Of a stretch of DNA of 64,000 nucleotides, positions 37,331-48,669 are shown piece by piece. Every line of letters starts with the position of its first letter. The stretch's first letter is position 1. Source of the stretch: Octopus vulgaris (taxonomy: Eukaryota); NCBI GenBank assembly GCA_951406725.2, contig OX597814.1, positions 207,700,001 through 207,764,000 on the forward strand, read 5' to 3'. Position numbers and translations under genes: made by a program. The notes under the pieces were generated by a model that was not told the origin of the DNA, did no database searches, and saw only the letters and a list, made by a program, of their open reading frames with translations.

Positions 37331-37981
37331 TTCATTGCCACATTTGTGTGTGTGTTACCCTGGCTACCAAACTGAGCATGGCTGAGAGCCAGGATGCATG
37401 TGTCACGTTGGAAAGAGAAGATACTTGTGCAATAAAGCTTTATAGTGGGCGTTTAGAGATGCGCATTTCCCATTCTCACTATTTTCCTCCTGAACAAGGA
37501 AGTAGTTCCGCTGACAAGGGTCACTCAAAATGACCATTGACTCCTCCCAGCTGCAGGAAGCTGGCTGAAATTCAGTTTATAAGAAACAGCCTTAAAAGCT
37601 GATTATTGCAGCTTGTTTCCTTTCAACCTTTGTTTTCCAAAGCTCATCTACAGGGCATCAGAACAGTGAGAAAGGTTATGCACAGCCTACACATGGCTAA
37701 GGGACCCTGTGTGCCTCATTCTTAGACTTGTCAAAGCCTAGAGGTCCATCACTTCTGAAGTGGTCTTGCAGTATGTTCTTGTTCACTGTTTCTACATACA
37801 CTCACACTATAGCTAAGGTAGTCATTGACCTTTTATTGGGTTCATGAGCTTTGATGACAGGTCTTGTTTTTGTTCTGCTGAGTTTTAGCACAGCACTTCA
37901 CCATGCTAGCTTGGTTGGTTGTGATAGAAATTTAGTCTGCTCATGTAACAGGCTATACTGTATTACTTGTTACCAGTAATA

Positions 37982-38391
37982 GGCGCAGGAGTGGCTGTGT
38001 GGTAAGTAGCTTGCTAACCAACCACATGGTTCCTGGTTCAGTCCCACTGCGTGGCATCTTGGGAAAGTGTCTTCTGCTATAGCCCCGGGCTGACCAATGC
38101 CCTGTGAGTGGATTTGGTAGACGGAAACTGAAAGAAGCCCGTCGTATATATGTATATATATATATGTGTATGTATGTGTGTTTGTGTGTCTGTGTTTGTC
38201 CCCCTAGCATTGCTTGACAACCGATGCTGGTGTGTTTATGTCCCCGTTACTTAGCGGTTCGGCAAAAGAGGCCGATAGAATAAGTACTGGGCTTACAAAA
38301 AGAATAAGTCTCGGGGTCGAGTTGCTCAATTAAAGGCGGTGCTCCAGCATGGCCGCAGTCAAATGACTGAAACAAGTAAAAGAGTAAAGAG
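37982..38391 (+). mobile_element. SINE family A
   Basis: Full-length copy. Confidence 0.85.
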
Positions 38392-38414
38392 GGTAGCACA
38401 CAAAGCGACCTGAT

Positions 38415-38453
<39 letters not shown>

Positions 38454-39391
38454 CTGGTATACATTTTTCAGTTGATGGATCATTATTTACAGCAATGATG
38501 TTTATCATGTTTAATCTTTAAAAATATATAAATTCAAATATTATCCAAAGCTGTTTAATGGCTACATGTGCATGTGTACGTGCACGTGCGTGTGTGTGTG
38601 TGCATGCATGTGTGTGTGTGTGTGTGCTTGTGAATGATGTATGTTCTTGAGATAAGGAGAGGACCATAAAAGAGTTTAAATGAAGTGTGTGGTGGACTGC
38701 GGGAGAGTGTGGCCAAATTGTGGAGCATATATTGAATAGGAGTATAATGAGAGCAGTGGAATAAAGGAGAGGGAAAAAGTGAGAGAGGAGAGAAAGAAAG
38801 AAGAAAAGTTAGGAGTGAGTAAGAAAAATTCTGTTTTATCTTACTTTGACTGCCCCTTGCTCTGATGATTCAGTGATAACTCTGATTAATTCAGTTTCTC
38901 AACTGTGATGTGAGTGACTAATAAAAGAAACTGTGGCTATTCTAGTGCCATGTCAGCCTCAGTCCACAATGAAAACAAGCAAACAAAAAAATATGCAACT
39001 GCTGAGAGCAATGTTAAATTCAAATACATAAATAATGAGCCCCTCCCACACTTTTGACGCAGCTGTTTCTAACCTTGTTCTGGCCCCTACCAAAGAAACC
39101 ACACAAAAAAAAAAAAAATGGAAAGAAAGAAAATATATAAAATAATAATAATTCTAAAAAAAAAAAAAAAAAAAACACAAATTACAAATAAATAAACTGA
39201 GAAGTGAAGTTCTCTGATGTAAAGAAACTCCTACTTCTTTGGGAAGGTTTGCATAAATGCTCAATGTCAGTCAACCATGATTACCAGAGGCGTGTTTTTG
39301 ATAACTTTTTATTGTGTGTTTGTGTGTGTGTTTGTGTGTGTGCCTGTGTGTGGTAGTTATCATGAAGTCATTGTTTGATTTTGATAATTTT

Positions 39392-39422
<31 letters not shown>

Positions 39423-41452
39423 CTCTAGTTGCTTTCTAATTTCATGTCATGAACTTTAATTGTTCATATCACACAACAAAAATAAACTGTTTTGATATGA
39501 AATTCTTATTCGCTTATTTTTGTATATTTTTTTTTTCCTGTATTTGTTTTATTCTTGGGAGATTTTTCTCATTTGTTTTTAATATTTCCTTCCTTCACCA
39601 CCTACCTCTTTCTCAGCACAACCCTTCCTCCCACTCTTCCAGTGTTCATGTTTCCGATCAAAAGATGTATGTATGAATTTATAAAATTGTATAGGGTTAA
39701 AAAAAGAAAGAAAATACAGAAATATATTTAGAAATATTATCGAATAAAACAGCAAATATAAATATATACGTTGATATGTCTGTTTGAAATATATAATAAA
39801 ATAGTAACAAATAAATTCTATGCACATTACTAACACATATTAAATAAATTGCATACATATCATTGCATACCCATAGGGTATATGTACATATTCGAAATCA
39901 TATGTATTCACATGTAAAGTATACATGCTTCATATTTGATAACTATAAATTTGCTGCTGAAGAAAGAAGCTTACATAAAACTGCATATTTTTAACCTTAT
40001 CACATACATAAGGTTTATAATAATGTAGAGATGAAATTGGCAAGTTGGCAGAATCGTTAGCACGCATTTTGACCATGGCTTTACTTTCAGAGTTCAACTT
40101 TCACTGAGGTCAGGTTTGCTTTTCTACCTTTTGGGGTTGATGTAATAGATTTTAAAAAACAAAAAGAAATTGCTGGCCTTGTACTAAAATTTGAAAGACA
40201 TTTGATGAGAATTTTAGCACTAATAAAAGTAGTAACCATTTCAAAACAGTATAGTTAGGTGTAGCCAGTTTAAACAACTAATGCCATCTTAATGAAAGCC
40301 ACTCTTGATTACTTTGAATAGTAATGACTTCAATCTTCCTACCTCCACCCACTTTCTCCATCTCCATGCAGAACCTTTTTTAAAAATGTGCTTAGGGAAT
40401 TAACTCAAATGAGCCAATAGCATAAATTTTGATAATTTGGGTAAGTGGCAAAATATTTGATGATGAATGCAAAACACTCTTTACGATTTGAAATTTGCTA
40501 TCACTTTGCCTACTGTCAATGATCGAATTATACCCCTAAGCATGAAAACAGAATTTTTTCATAAAATTTATTCTGGATTTATTATAATTAACTCCCTTTT
40601 TTTAATTTTTTTTTTTTGAGGCTCACTAATAATTACCATTAGGTTTTTGTTTTCTTTCTCCAAATTAGATGCAAATCTTTTAATGTTCATACATTAAGTC
40701 ATCCAACAACAGGTAGCAACATTCAACAACCCCGTATTTTTCCAATCATCCTTGTTATTGATATTAAAGTTTGTGATATATCGTGGACTTTTCTGATATT
40801 GAAAGCTGGTTGTTACTTATGATGAATTGTACATTTCTGGCTGATCTATTCTTGCAATTCATTTAGATATGTCTGTATTTAGTTTAATTTTTCCCTTTTC
40901 GTTTTGTATATTTTTTTTTCTTTTCTTTCTTTCATTCCATTATCTCCATCAACGCTTGAAAAACAAAGTAATGTTATCATAAACATCATCATCATTATTA
41001 TCATAACTGAATTAATATCCACTTTTCCATGTTGCAATGGTCAGATGGAATTCATTGGGGTAGATTTTCTTGTAGCCAGCCCTCACCTATTTTCAGGTAG
41101 TCATACTTCCTCGTGACTAGACATGTTTTTATGTAAGATTGGAAACAAATGACACCACTTGTATGACTGATGTTTGATTATAACTATTGCATGATATCAA
41201 GACAAGGAAACACATGCATACACACGCAAACACTATACTCAGTTTCTGCCTACCAAATCCACTTGCAAGGTTAAGGCTGTAGTGAAAAACACTTGCTCAA
41301 GGTGCCACAGAGTGAGACTAAACCAGAAACCATATTCTTGGGAAGCTAATTTCTTAATCACATAGCCAAACCAGTGCCATTTATGTATAAATAAATGTAC
41401 AGAGGTCTATTTATTTTCTTCCATTAAAAAAAAAAAAAAGAATTAGAATATA

Positions 41453-41852
41453 CTAGCAGTATCGCCCGGCGTTGCTCAGGTTTGTAAGGGAAATAACTAT
41501 ATAAGCATTTTTAGAGAGTTATAGCCAAAAAATAGCAAAAAAAATGCATTAAAAATGGAAAAAAAATGATGGTAAATTTTTTTTTAAATCGTTGACTTAT
41601 CGTAGACATTTTTAGAGAGTTACTTCCCTTATATAATAGGGAAAAAATGCATTAAAATGGGGAAAAAATGATGGTAAATTATTTTTAAAATCGTAGACTC
41701 ATCGTAGACGCGCACTAATACCCAGAAGGGCTCGATATGAATCACGACTATAAGATACCCGCTTTTGGTTACACTGCACCGCAAAATGTGGAAGTAGTTA
41801 GGAATCTAAATCATAGGAGACAGACACACAACTTGACTTTTATATGTAAAGA
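41453..41852 (-). mobile_element. Non-autonomous Helitron, complete
   Basis: Minus strand 5'-TC...CTAG-3' with GC hairpin about 11 nt before the end, inserted between A and T without TSD. Confidence 0.85.
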
Positions 41853-42052
41853 TATGACAAAAATGGCAAAATAATTATTAAATGAAAACTTCTTTTTAGC
41901 TAAGCTCAGTTTTAGTTACCAAACAAGATTTCCTTGGAAGTTTTAGTACAGACTGAGTTCTTCTGTGGAGCAGTTTAGAGTTCTTTCTGTAGCCTATGTT
42001 GAATTTGGAAATAATATTTATTTATAGGCAGAATATTTGTACACACACGCAT

Positions 42053-42087
<35 letters not shown>

Positions 42088-42384
42088 GTAGAACCAAGTA
42101 GAAAATTTTAATACTTTACTTTGTCCTGATACATAAAAATAGAAATATTTTGAAATGTTCGTTGATTTTATATTAAAGCATTTTTCAGAATATCCTGGAA
42201 TTTTTTCAATTTTTGTTTTCTCATTCTTTTCATTTTTGTTTTTATTACTCATCTTATAAAAAAAATTTTCCTACATTTTTTCCCCTGTGCAAAACTATAT
42301 ATACTCACTATTCTTCTACTAGCTTTCACTACTGTCTGAAGATGGGGAATGTGAAACTTGGAATGGTACTTAGTGAAGTTTTTT

Positions 42385-42698
42385 GTCTTCCAATAAATAT
42401 GGAAGTCTTGAGCAAATGTCTTTTGCTATAGCCCAGGGCCGACCAATGTCTTGTGAATAAATTTGGTCAACAGAAACTGTATAGAAGCCCATTGTGTGTG
42501 TGTCACCTACCAACACACACTTGGTGGTAATTGTTGGTTTGTTTACATTCCTGTAATTTAGTGTTTTGTAAAAGAGACTGATAGAATAAGTACCAAACTT
42601 AAAAGTAGGTACTGAGATCAATTTGTTCAACTAAACTCTGGAAGGCAGAGCCCCAGCATGGCTGTTGTCCAATGACTGAAACAGGTAAAATATAAAAG
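42385..42698 (+). mobile_element. SINE family A, old 5'-truncated copy
   Basis: Diverged CORE-like, body and GACTGAAACAGGTAAAA tail. Confidence 0.65.
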
Positions 42699-43020
42699 AC
42701 CTGTGCAAGAGGTACCAACTCATCACCATCTAATGTTTTTTCTTGATAAAATGGTTTTAACGCTGAAACGTTAAAATATAAGGTGAAATGAAACATTAGC
42801 TGAAGCAGCTGTCAAGTGTTAAATGGATGAAAAATTACCAATGAAGCAGTTAAGAACACATTTGGAAGCAAGTATGTTCGTTTAAAATTTGAGAGTCAAT
42901 GAAACACAAACTTAGAGTGATATAATCACTTTTGTAGTAGCCTAGCAAACGATTAAAACATCGTTCAAGCCACATCAGTGAATTTTTGATCTTGAATTAG
43001 TGTTTACATATAATCCTTAA

Positions 43021-43327
43021 CTAGCAGTATCGCCCCGGCGTTGCTCAGGTTTGTAAGGGAAATAACTATATAAGCATTTTAGAGAGTTACTTCCCTTATA
43101 TAATAGCAAAAAAATGCATTAAAAATGGGAAAGAATGATGGTAAATTTTTTTTTAAATCGTAGACTCATCATAGACGCACGCTAATACCCAGAAGGGCTC
43201 GATATGAATCACGACTATAAGATACCCGCTTTTGGTTACACTGCACCGTAAAATGTGGGAGTAGTTAGGAATCTAAATCGGAGGAGACAGAGTCTCACAC
43301 ACACAACTTCACTTTTATATATAAAGA
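43021..43327 (-). mobile_element. Non-autonomous Helitron, shorter internal variant
   Basis: Same TC/CTAG termini and hairpin; lacks one copy of the internal ~95-nt duplicated block seen in the 1-381 and 41453 copies. Confidence 0.85.
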
Positions 43328-43860
43328 TATCTCACATCACCACCATGATCATTTTATGTTCACTTTCCATGCTTGCATGAGGTTGATGGACCATCCGTGG
43401 TCTGAGCCTTATGTTATTGGCAACCACTTTTTCCATACACTGATGCTCATATGAGTCATTCTGTTTCTATGGTTTGATGCCCTTCCTAGTGCCAACTACT
43501 TCACTGCATTTTTTCATGACATCAACTTGAAAAAGGTTGAATAATTCTCAGTAAGAGAAGACCATGGGGACTTTACAGCCCTACACTTTCTCTGCTCTTC
43601 TGCCAAACACTTTCCTGCATGTACAGGACATATTTTTCATGGCACTAACACCTGAGTGTACCTCTAGAAGTGGCATGACTTGGCAACCTTCTGATGTGGC
43701 ACCAGCACAAGAGAAAAGGATGTGGACCAAGGAGGAGGGAATATGAGAGCTATAGTGTATTGGGTAAAGGAACAAGAGTGGCCCAGTGCATCCTCAAGAG
43801 TGTCAGGATAATCAGTCAGCACAAGTAGTGGGAACAGAAAAGATAAGCTGCTCTATAGAT

Positions 43861-44111
43861 ATCATCATCATCATCATCATCATTTAACATCCGTTTTCCG
43901 CGCTAACACGGGTTGGACGGTTCGACCGGGGTCTGGGAAGCCAGGGGCTGCACCAGGCTCCAGTCTGATCTGGAAGTGTTTCTACAGCTGGATGCCCTTC
44001 CTAACGCCAACCACTCCGCGAGTGTAGTGGGTGCTTTTTACGTGCCACCTGCACAGGTGCCAGGGGTGTCTGGCATCGGCCACGATCAGTTGGTGCTTTT
44101 AACGTGCCACT
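43861..44111 (-). mobile_element. Retroposon family D
   Basis: Near-identical to the 22843 copy, 5'-truncated. Confidence 0.75.
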
Positions 44112-45124
44112 GGGATATATGAGACACACAGATGCATATACGTGTAGGTAATTTAATTTTATATACACATATAATGGACAGGTGTATATATATATTTACA
44201 TGCATAAATATGTACACATAATTATCTGCATTTATTTGAGTCTATAGCAAAAACTGTAGCTATAAAGATTTTGTCTTTTAATCATTTCCAACATAGCAAG
44301 TTCCATATTTGCTTTATGTTCTTATGATGCTGAAGCATAGAAAGGGATTAATCTACTGCCTCCAGCTAACCTCACTCTTTTACTTTATAATGAATGCATG
44401 CTAAAAATTAATTAACTTTTCTCTTTTTAAGCCTAAATCCTATTGAAATTAAAGGTGAAGCTTTTTTTTTTTTGTTGGATTTTTTTCTTCTTAAATAATG
44501 AATGTATACTATGAAATTAGATTAAAATTAGGTTGTGTTTCATGCATATTCAATAATCATCTCCTTACTGTTTAATGGTAATTCCTCATAGATTTGTAAT
44601 CAGCTAATAGATAATAGTAGATATGTGACCTAGTTTTGTTAAAATTTTAATTGTCTTCCTAGATATTCTCATCAATAGTGCTATCATCACCATCATTTGT
44701 GTACTGTTTATATTCTCCATTTTCTATACCAGTAATTAGTGGTGGTGGTGGTAGTGGTGGTGGTTGTTATTTAAGCCAGTAGTGGGTGATTTGAGAGTGA
44801 GTTCACTGTTATTTTCAGTTAGTCAAACAACCTTATAGAGGCTCACCAATTAGCTCGTCCAGAGATTAATCATGTATAGATTGGTACTGCATTCATTACC
44901 CCCTTTCCTAACCGACCCCATTGACTGTTACAAGATTTCAGGATAGTTGGTCAACTGATCACCTTCTGACCCAGCCAGCATCCACCAGCATGGAATAATT
45001 GATGTTAAAACAATAATAAGTGCTTGAACTTCCTTTTTTTTGCATTTTCGTTCAATATTACTCAATTTCTGTTGATCTTTAACTGACATTCTAACTTTTT
45101 ATATTTTCGTTTCTTTCTGTACAG

Positions 45125-45293
45125 TGTGGCTGGTATTGGGGCCCCTTGACATATGAAGCAGCTAAGGCCCTGTTGGACACCAAACCAGACGGTTCTTTCC
45201 TCTTGCGTGATAGTTCTGATGACTGTTATATTCTAAGTTTATCTTTTAAATCCAATGGGAAAGTATACCACACAAGGATGGAGCATCACAAAG
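45125..45293 (+). CDS. SOCS7: Internal coding exon of a SOCS-family gene (SH2 domain N-terminal half), most similar to SOCS7
   Basis: Polypyrimidine tract + acag acceptor ending 45124; translation CGWYWGPLTYEAAKALLDTKPDGSFLLRDSSDDCYILSLSFKSNGKVYHTRMEHHK(G); donor G|GTAAGA at 45294. GWYWG, GSFLLRDS and YILSLSF...HTRMEH match the SOCS6/7 SH2 (TRMEH and YILSLSF favour SOCS7). Phase 0 to phase 1, 169 nt. Other exons not found in the window. Confidence 0.88.
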
Positions 45294-45359
45294 GTAAGAG
45301 AATCACTTATGAAACTATTTGTTATTTCCTCCATCTCTTTGGTAATTGTTGTTGTTGTA

Positions 45360-45737
45360 TACTCTTTACTCTTTACTCTTTTACTTGTTTCAGTCATTTG
45401 ACTGCGGCCATGCTGGAGCACCGCCTTTAGTCAAGCAAATCGACCCCGGGACTTATTCTTTGTAAGCCCAGTACTTATTCTATCGGTCTCTTTTGCCGAA
45501 CCGCTAAGTGACGGGGACGTAAACACACCAGCATCAGTTGTCAAGCGATGTTGGGGGGACAAACACAGACACACAAACACGCACATACACATATATGTAT
45601 ATACATATATACGACAGGCTTCTTTCAGTTTCCGTCTACCAAATCCACTCACAAGGCATTGGTCGGCCCGAGGCTATAGTAGAAGACACTTACCCAAGGT
45701 GCCATGCAGTGGGACTGAACCCGGAGCCATGTGGTTT
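45360..45737 (-). mobile_element. SINE family A just downstream of the SOCS exon
   Basis: Near full-length reverse copy beginning about 66 nt after the splice donor. Confidence 0.85.
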
Positions 45738-45779
45738 GTTGTAGGTGTGGCTGTTTTCTTCAAGTAACTGCTTGATATT

Positions 45780-46400
45780 TAGGCAATTCTTATCAAACTG
45801 ATGTTTATGCTTCCTGATAGAGAGCCCAAGGCACTCCATGACTCTACTGTATAGTGTATTGTGTGCCCCATGCTGCTTCCATACCCAAATTTTCTAGCTT
45901 AGTGGACTCTAAGCATCTTTTCAAAATGTCAAGAAATTTGTTGTACATCAACCAAGTGTTTATATCACACAATTTTCTACACCTTTTACACCTTTTGGTT
46001 AGATACAGAGTTGAAATTGAAGACAGTTAAATGGTGTTCAGTCCAATATCGTGCCCTATACATGGTCTTCACAACTTTGTATTTTTTCCCATCCCTCCTC
46101 CTCATAAAATAATCAATGAGATGCCAATGCTTTGAGCAGCATTGCATCTATGTCATGTTATGAGTAAGAAGGTGAAAGTGTCTACAATCAGAAGTTCATG
46201 CTGTACCTGGAGGAGTAGTAGAGTATTGTTGTTGTAATCAAATCTCGCATTGGAATTACCAAGAATTCTTGTCTGCATTGAGGACAGTGGCGATGATGAC
46301 ATTCAAGACTTCATAGTATTTGTCCTTAATCTCATCCGAATTGGTCAGGGTGGGCACACAAGTGCTGACAATAGTGGCGAACTTTTATATACACACACCG
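45780..46400 (-). mobile_element. Decayed RTE-clade LINE, AP-endonuclease region
   Basis: Minus strand reads FATIVSTCVPTLTNSDEIKDKYYEVLNVIIATVLNADK / ILGNSNAR, degenerate for the IVSAYAPT..EKDKFY..ILGDFNAR motif. Confidence 0.65.
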
Positions 46401-46909
46401 ATGCAATCACTTTATAACCATGTTCTTTTAGGTACTTTCCACACTGTGTGGCACTGCTTTCCACTATAGCATATCTTTAGGCTGACCAGTATGTGTGAAA
46501 TTATAAAAGAAACTGTATGGAAGCCTGTTTGTGTGTGTATGCATGAGTGTTTACATTTTGCATCTTTGCATGAAGCTGTCTGATCAAAACAGTGATCTCA
46601 TGCTTAGATTCCCTTTCTAAATGTTAACAACTCTACACTTTTATATATCAACAATGTTTAAAGTGAAACCCTGAATTGTAACAGTGTGACAGAATGTTAT
46701 TGGGAGTTAGTAATAATGATACACCCTTCCCATGAGACAAATGGAATAACCTGGTCACTATAAGTAAAGAGAAGTGCGTAAAGTACCAGAGTACATAGTA
46801 GGCAATCAGAGATAGTCATGTCTTTACTGGTTTTAATAAGTATACTGTAGACCAAAGTGGACCTTATAACAATTCAACATTTTAAGGTTTACAACAGTGG
46901 TGGTTAGGG

Positions 46910-47084
46910 TTTAAATGACTTATGAGGAATTAATAAACTCGACGTGGATTTAAACAACTCATGAAGAAATAATAAACTCAAAGAGGATTTAAACAGCACA
47001 CGAGGAATTAATAAACTTGATGAGGATTAACCAATTCACGTGGAGTTAATAGAAACTCGAAGAGCAATTAATAAATTTACGAAG
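46910..47084 (+). repeat. 39-nt tandem repeat (about 4 units) in the Gypsy leader
   Basis: TTTAAA recurs at 46910, 46949, 46988; unit approx ACTCATGAGGAATTAATAAACTCGACGAGGATTTAAACA. Confidence 0.8.
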
Positions 47085-47473
47085 TTGGTGTACAAATTTT
47101 AAGAAAAATCATAAAAGTATGGAAAATTTGTTGGCAGGTTTGCTCAAGTAGCAAAAACAGTAACAACATAATATTATAGTAACAAATGCTGCAATTACTG
47201 AAGCCATCAGGAAAGTCAAAAAAATGTATTCTTGCCAGACTATATTGCAAACTCCATAACAGGGTTCAAATATGAACCTGACAAAGGAGTTACTTTCAAA
47301 GCATACTACAGAAGATATGAGCAAAACTTTGAGAAAGAATGTAAACATTGGAACGATGAGATGTAAATGCACTTAAACTCAAGAAAACTGGTGGCAACAG
47401 AACATGAACAGTATAGTAATTGTGTACTCCCAAGAAAATCTTCAGACTTAAACTTTAATGACACAATGGATAT

Positions 47474-47783
47474 CACGTCACGTGATATCACGTGACCGAC
47501 CAGACCATCAGATGTTGTTACACATCGCTGGTCACAATGCGTTCGCATTGTTTTAGCTTTTGAATGACACCACCCCGGTGGCTAAGCGAGCAGGCCAACA
47601 GAAGAAAGAGTGGGAGAAAGGGTGGTGAAAGAGTACAGCAGGGACCCCCCCCCCCTGCCGAAGCGTCATGGAGCTTTTAGGTGTTTTCGCTCAATAAACA
47701 CTCACAACGCCCGGTCTGGGAATCGAAACCACGATCCTACGACTGCGAGTCCGCTGCCCTAACCACTGGGCCATTGCGCCTCC
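47474..47783 (-). mobile_element. SINE family B nested in Gypsy gag, 13-bp TSD
   Basis: TSD ACACAATGGATAT at 47461-47473 and 47784-47796. Confidence 0.9.
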
Positions 47784-48283
47784 ACACAATGGATATATTG
47801 CGTAAAATTTTCAGTGGAAAAAGCTCATTGTCCAACACACACTGGAAGTGTCTGAAGATAGAGAAAAACAACAACGAGGACTATATCACATATGCTGGCA
47901 GAGTTCACAGGGAATGCGAGAATTTTAAGCTGGCTGAATTAACGCTACATATGTTCAGATGCCTGATTTTTACACAGGGACTTACTGCCAAAAAGAGCAC
48001 AGAAGTTAGAATTCTCGCAAAGCTGGAACAAAACTAGGATGTAACCCTACAGCAAATGTCAGAAGAATGTGAAAGGATAGCCAAATTAAGACAACACACA
48101 GAGGAAATTGAATGTAAAGATCGTTTCCAAGTAAAGCAAGTGTGAAATAGTCAGAATAGAGATAAAGTGTTTTCTAAAACTCACAACAAAAATCAGGAAA
48201 TAAACCCATATTTTGCATGTGAAGATATACACCAAGAGAAAATTGTCAATTTAAAAAAGTGGAGTGCTTTCATTGTGGAAATA

Positions 48284-48669
48284 TCTTTATATATAAAAGA
48301 GAGGTTGTGTGCTGTCTGTCTCCTACAATTTAGATTCCTAACTACTCCCACATTTTGCGGTGCAGTTTAACCAAAACCGGGTATCTTATAGTCGTGATTC
48401 ATATCGAGCCCTTCTGGGTATTAGCATGAGTCTACGATTTAAAAAAAAATTTACCATCAATTTTCCCCATTTTTAATGCATTTTTGGCATATATAAGGGA
48501 AGTAACTCTAAAAATTTATTATTAAATCTCAGAACATAAAAAGCTACAGTAACACCCCCCCCCCTTTGTGGTTAGCCATATTGAGATGGCTATTATACTT
48601 TACATCTCTAAAAATGCTTATATTGTTATTTCCCTTACAAACCCGAGCAACGCCGGGCGATACTGCTAG
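48284..48669 (+). mobile_element. Non-autonomous Helitron nested in Gypsy gag zinc knuckle
   Basis: A|TCTTTATATATAAAAG ... CCCGAGCAACGCCGGGCGATACTGCTAG|T; removing it restores CFHCGNIRHTKTLC with no target duplication. Confidence 0.9.

Noticed and set aside
37340-37900. Possible decayed LINE 3' region on the minus strand
   Set aside because: Only a faint LSHVCR-like motif; too degenerate to call.
45146-45430. ORF-track 94-aa protein as a complete gene
   Set aside because: Starts at an internal TTG codon and reads through the splice donor into intron and SINE; the real unit is exon 45125-45293.
46910-47084. CRISPR-like array
   Set aside because: No unique spacers; contiguous degenerate tandem units in a retrotransposon leader of a eukaryote.
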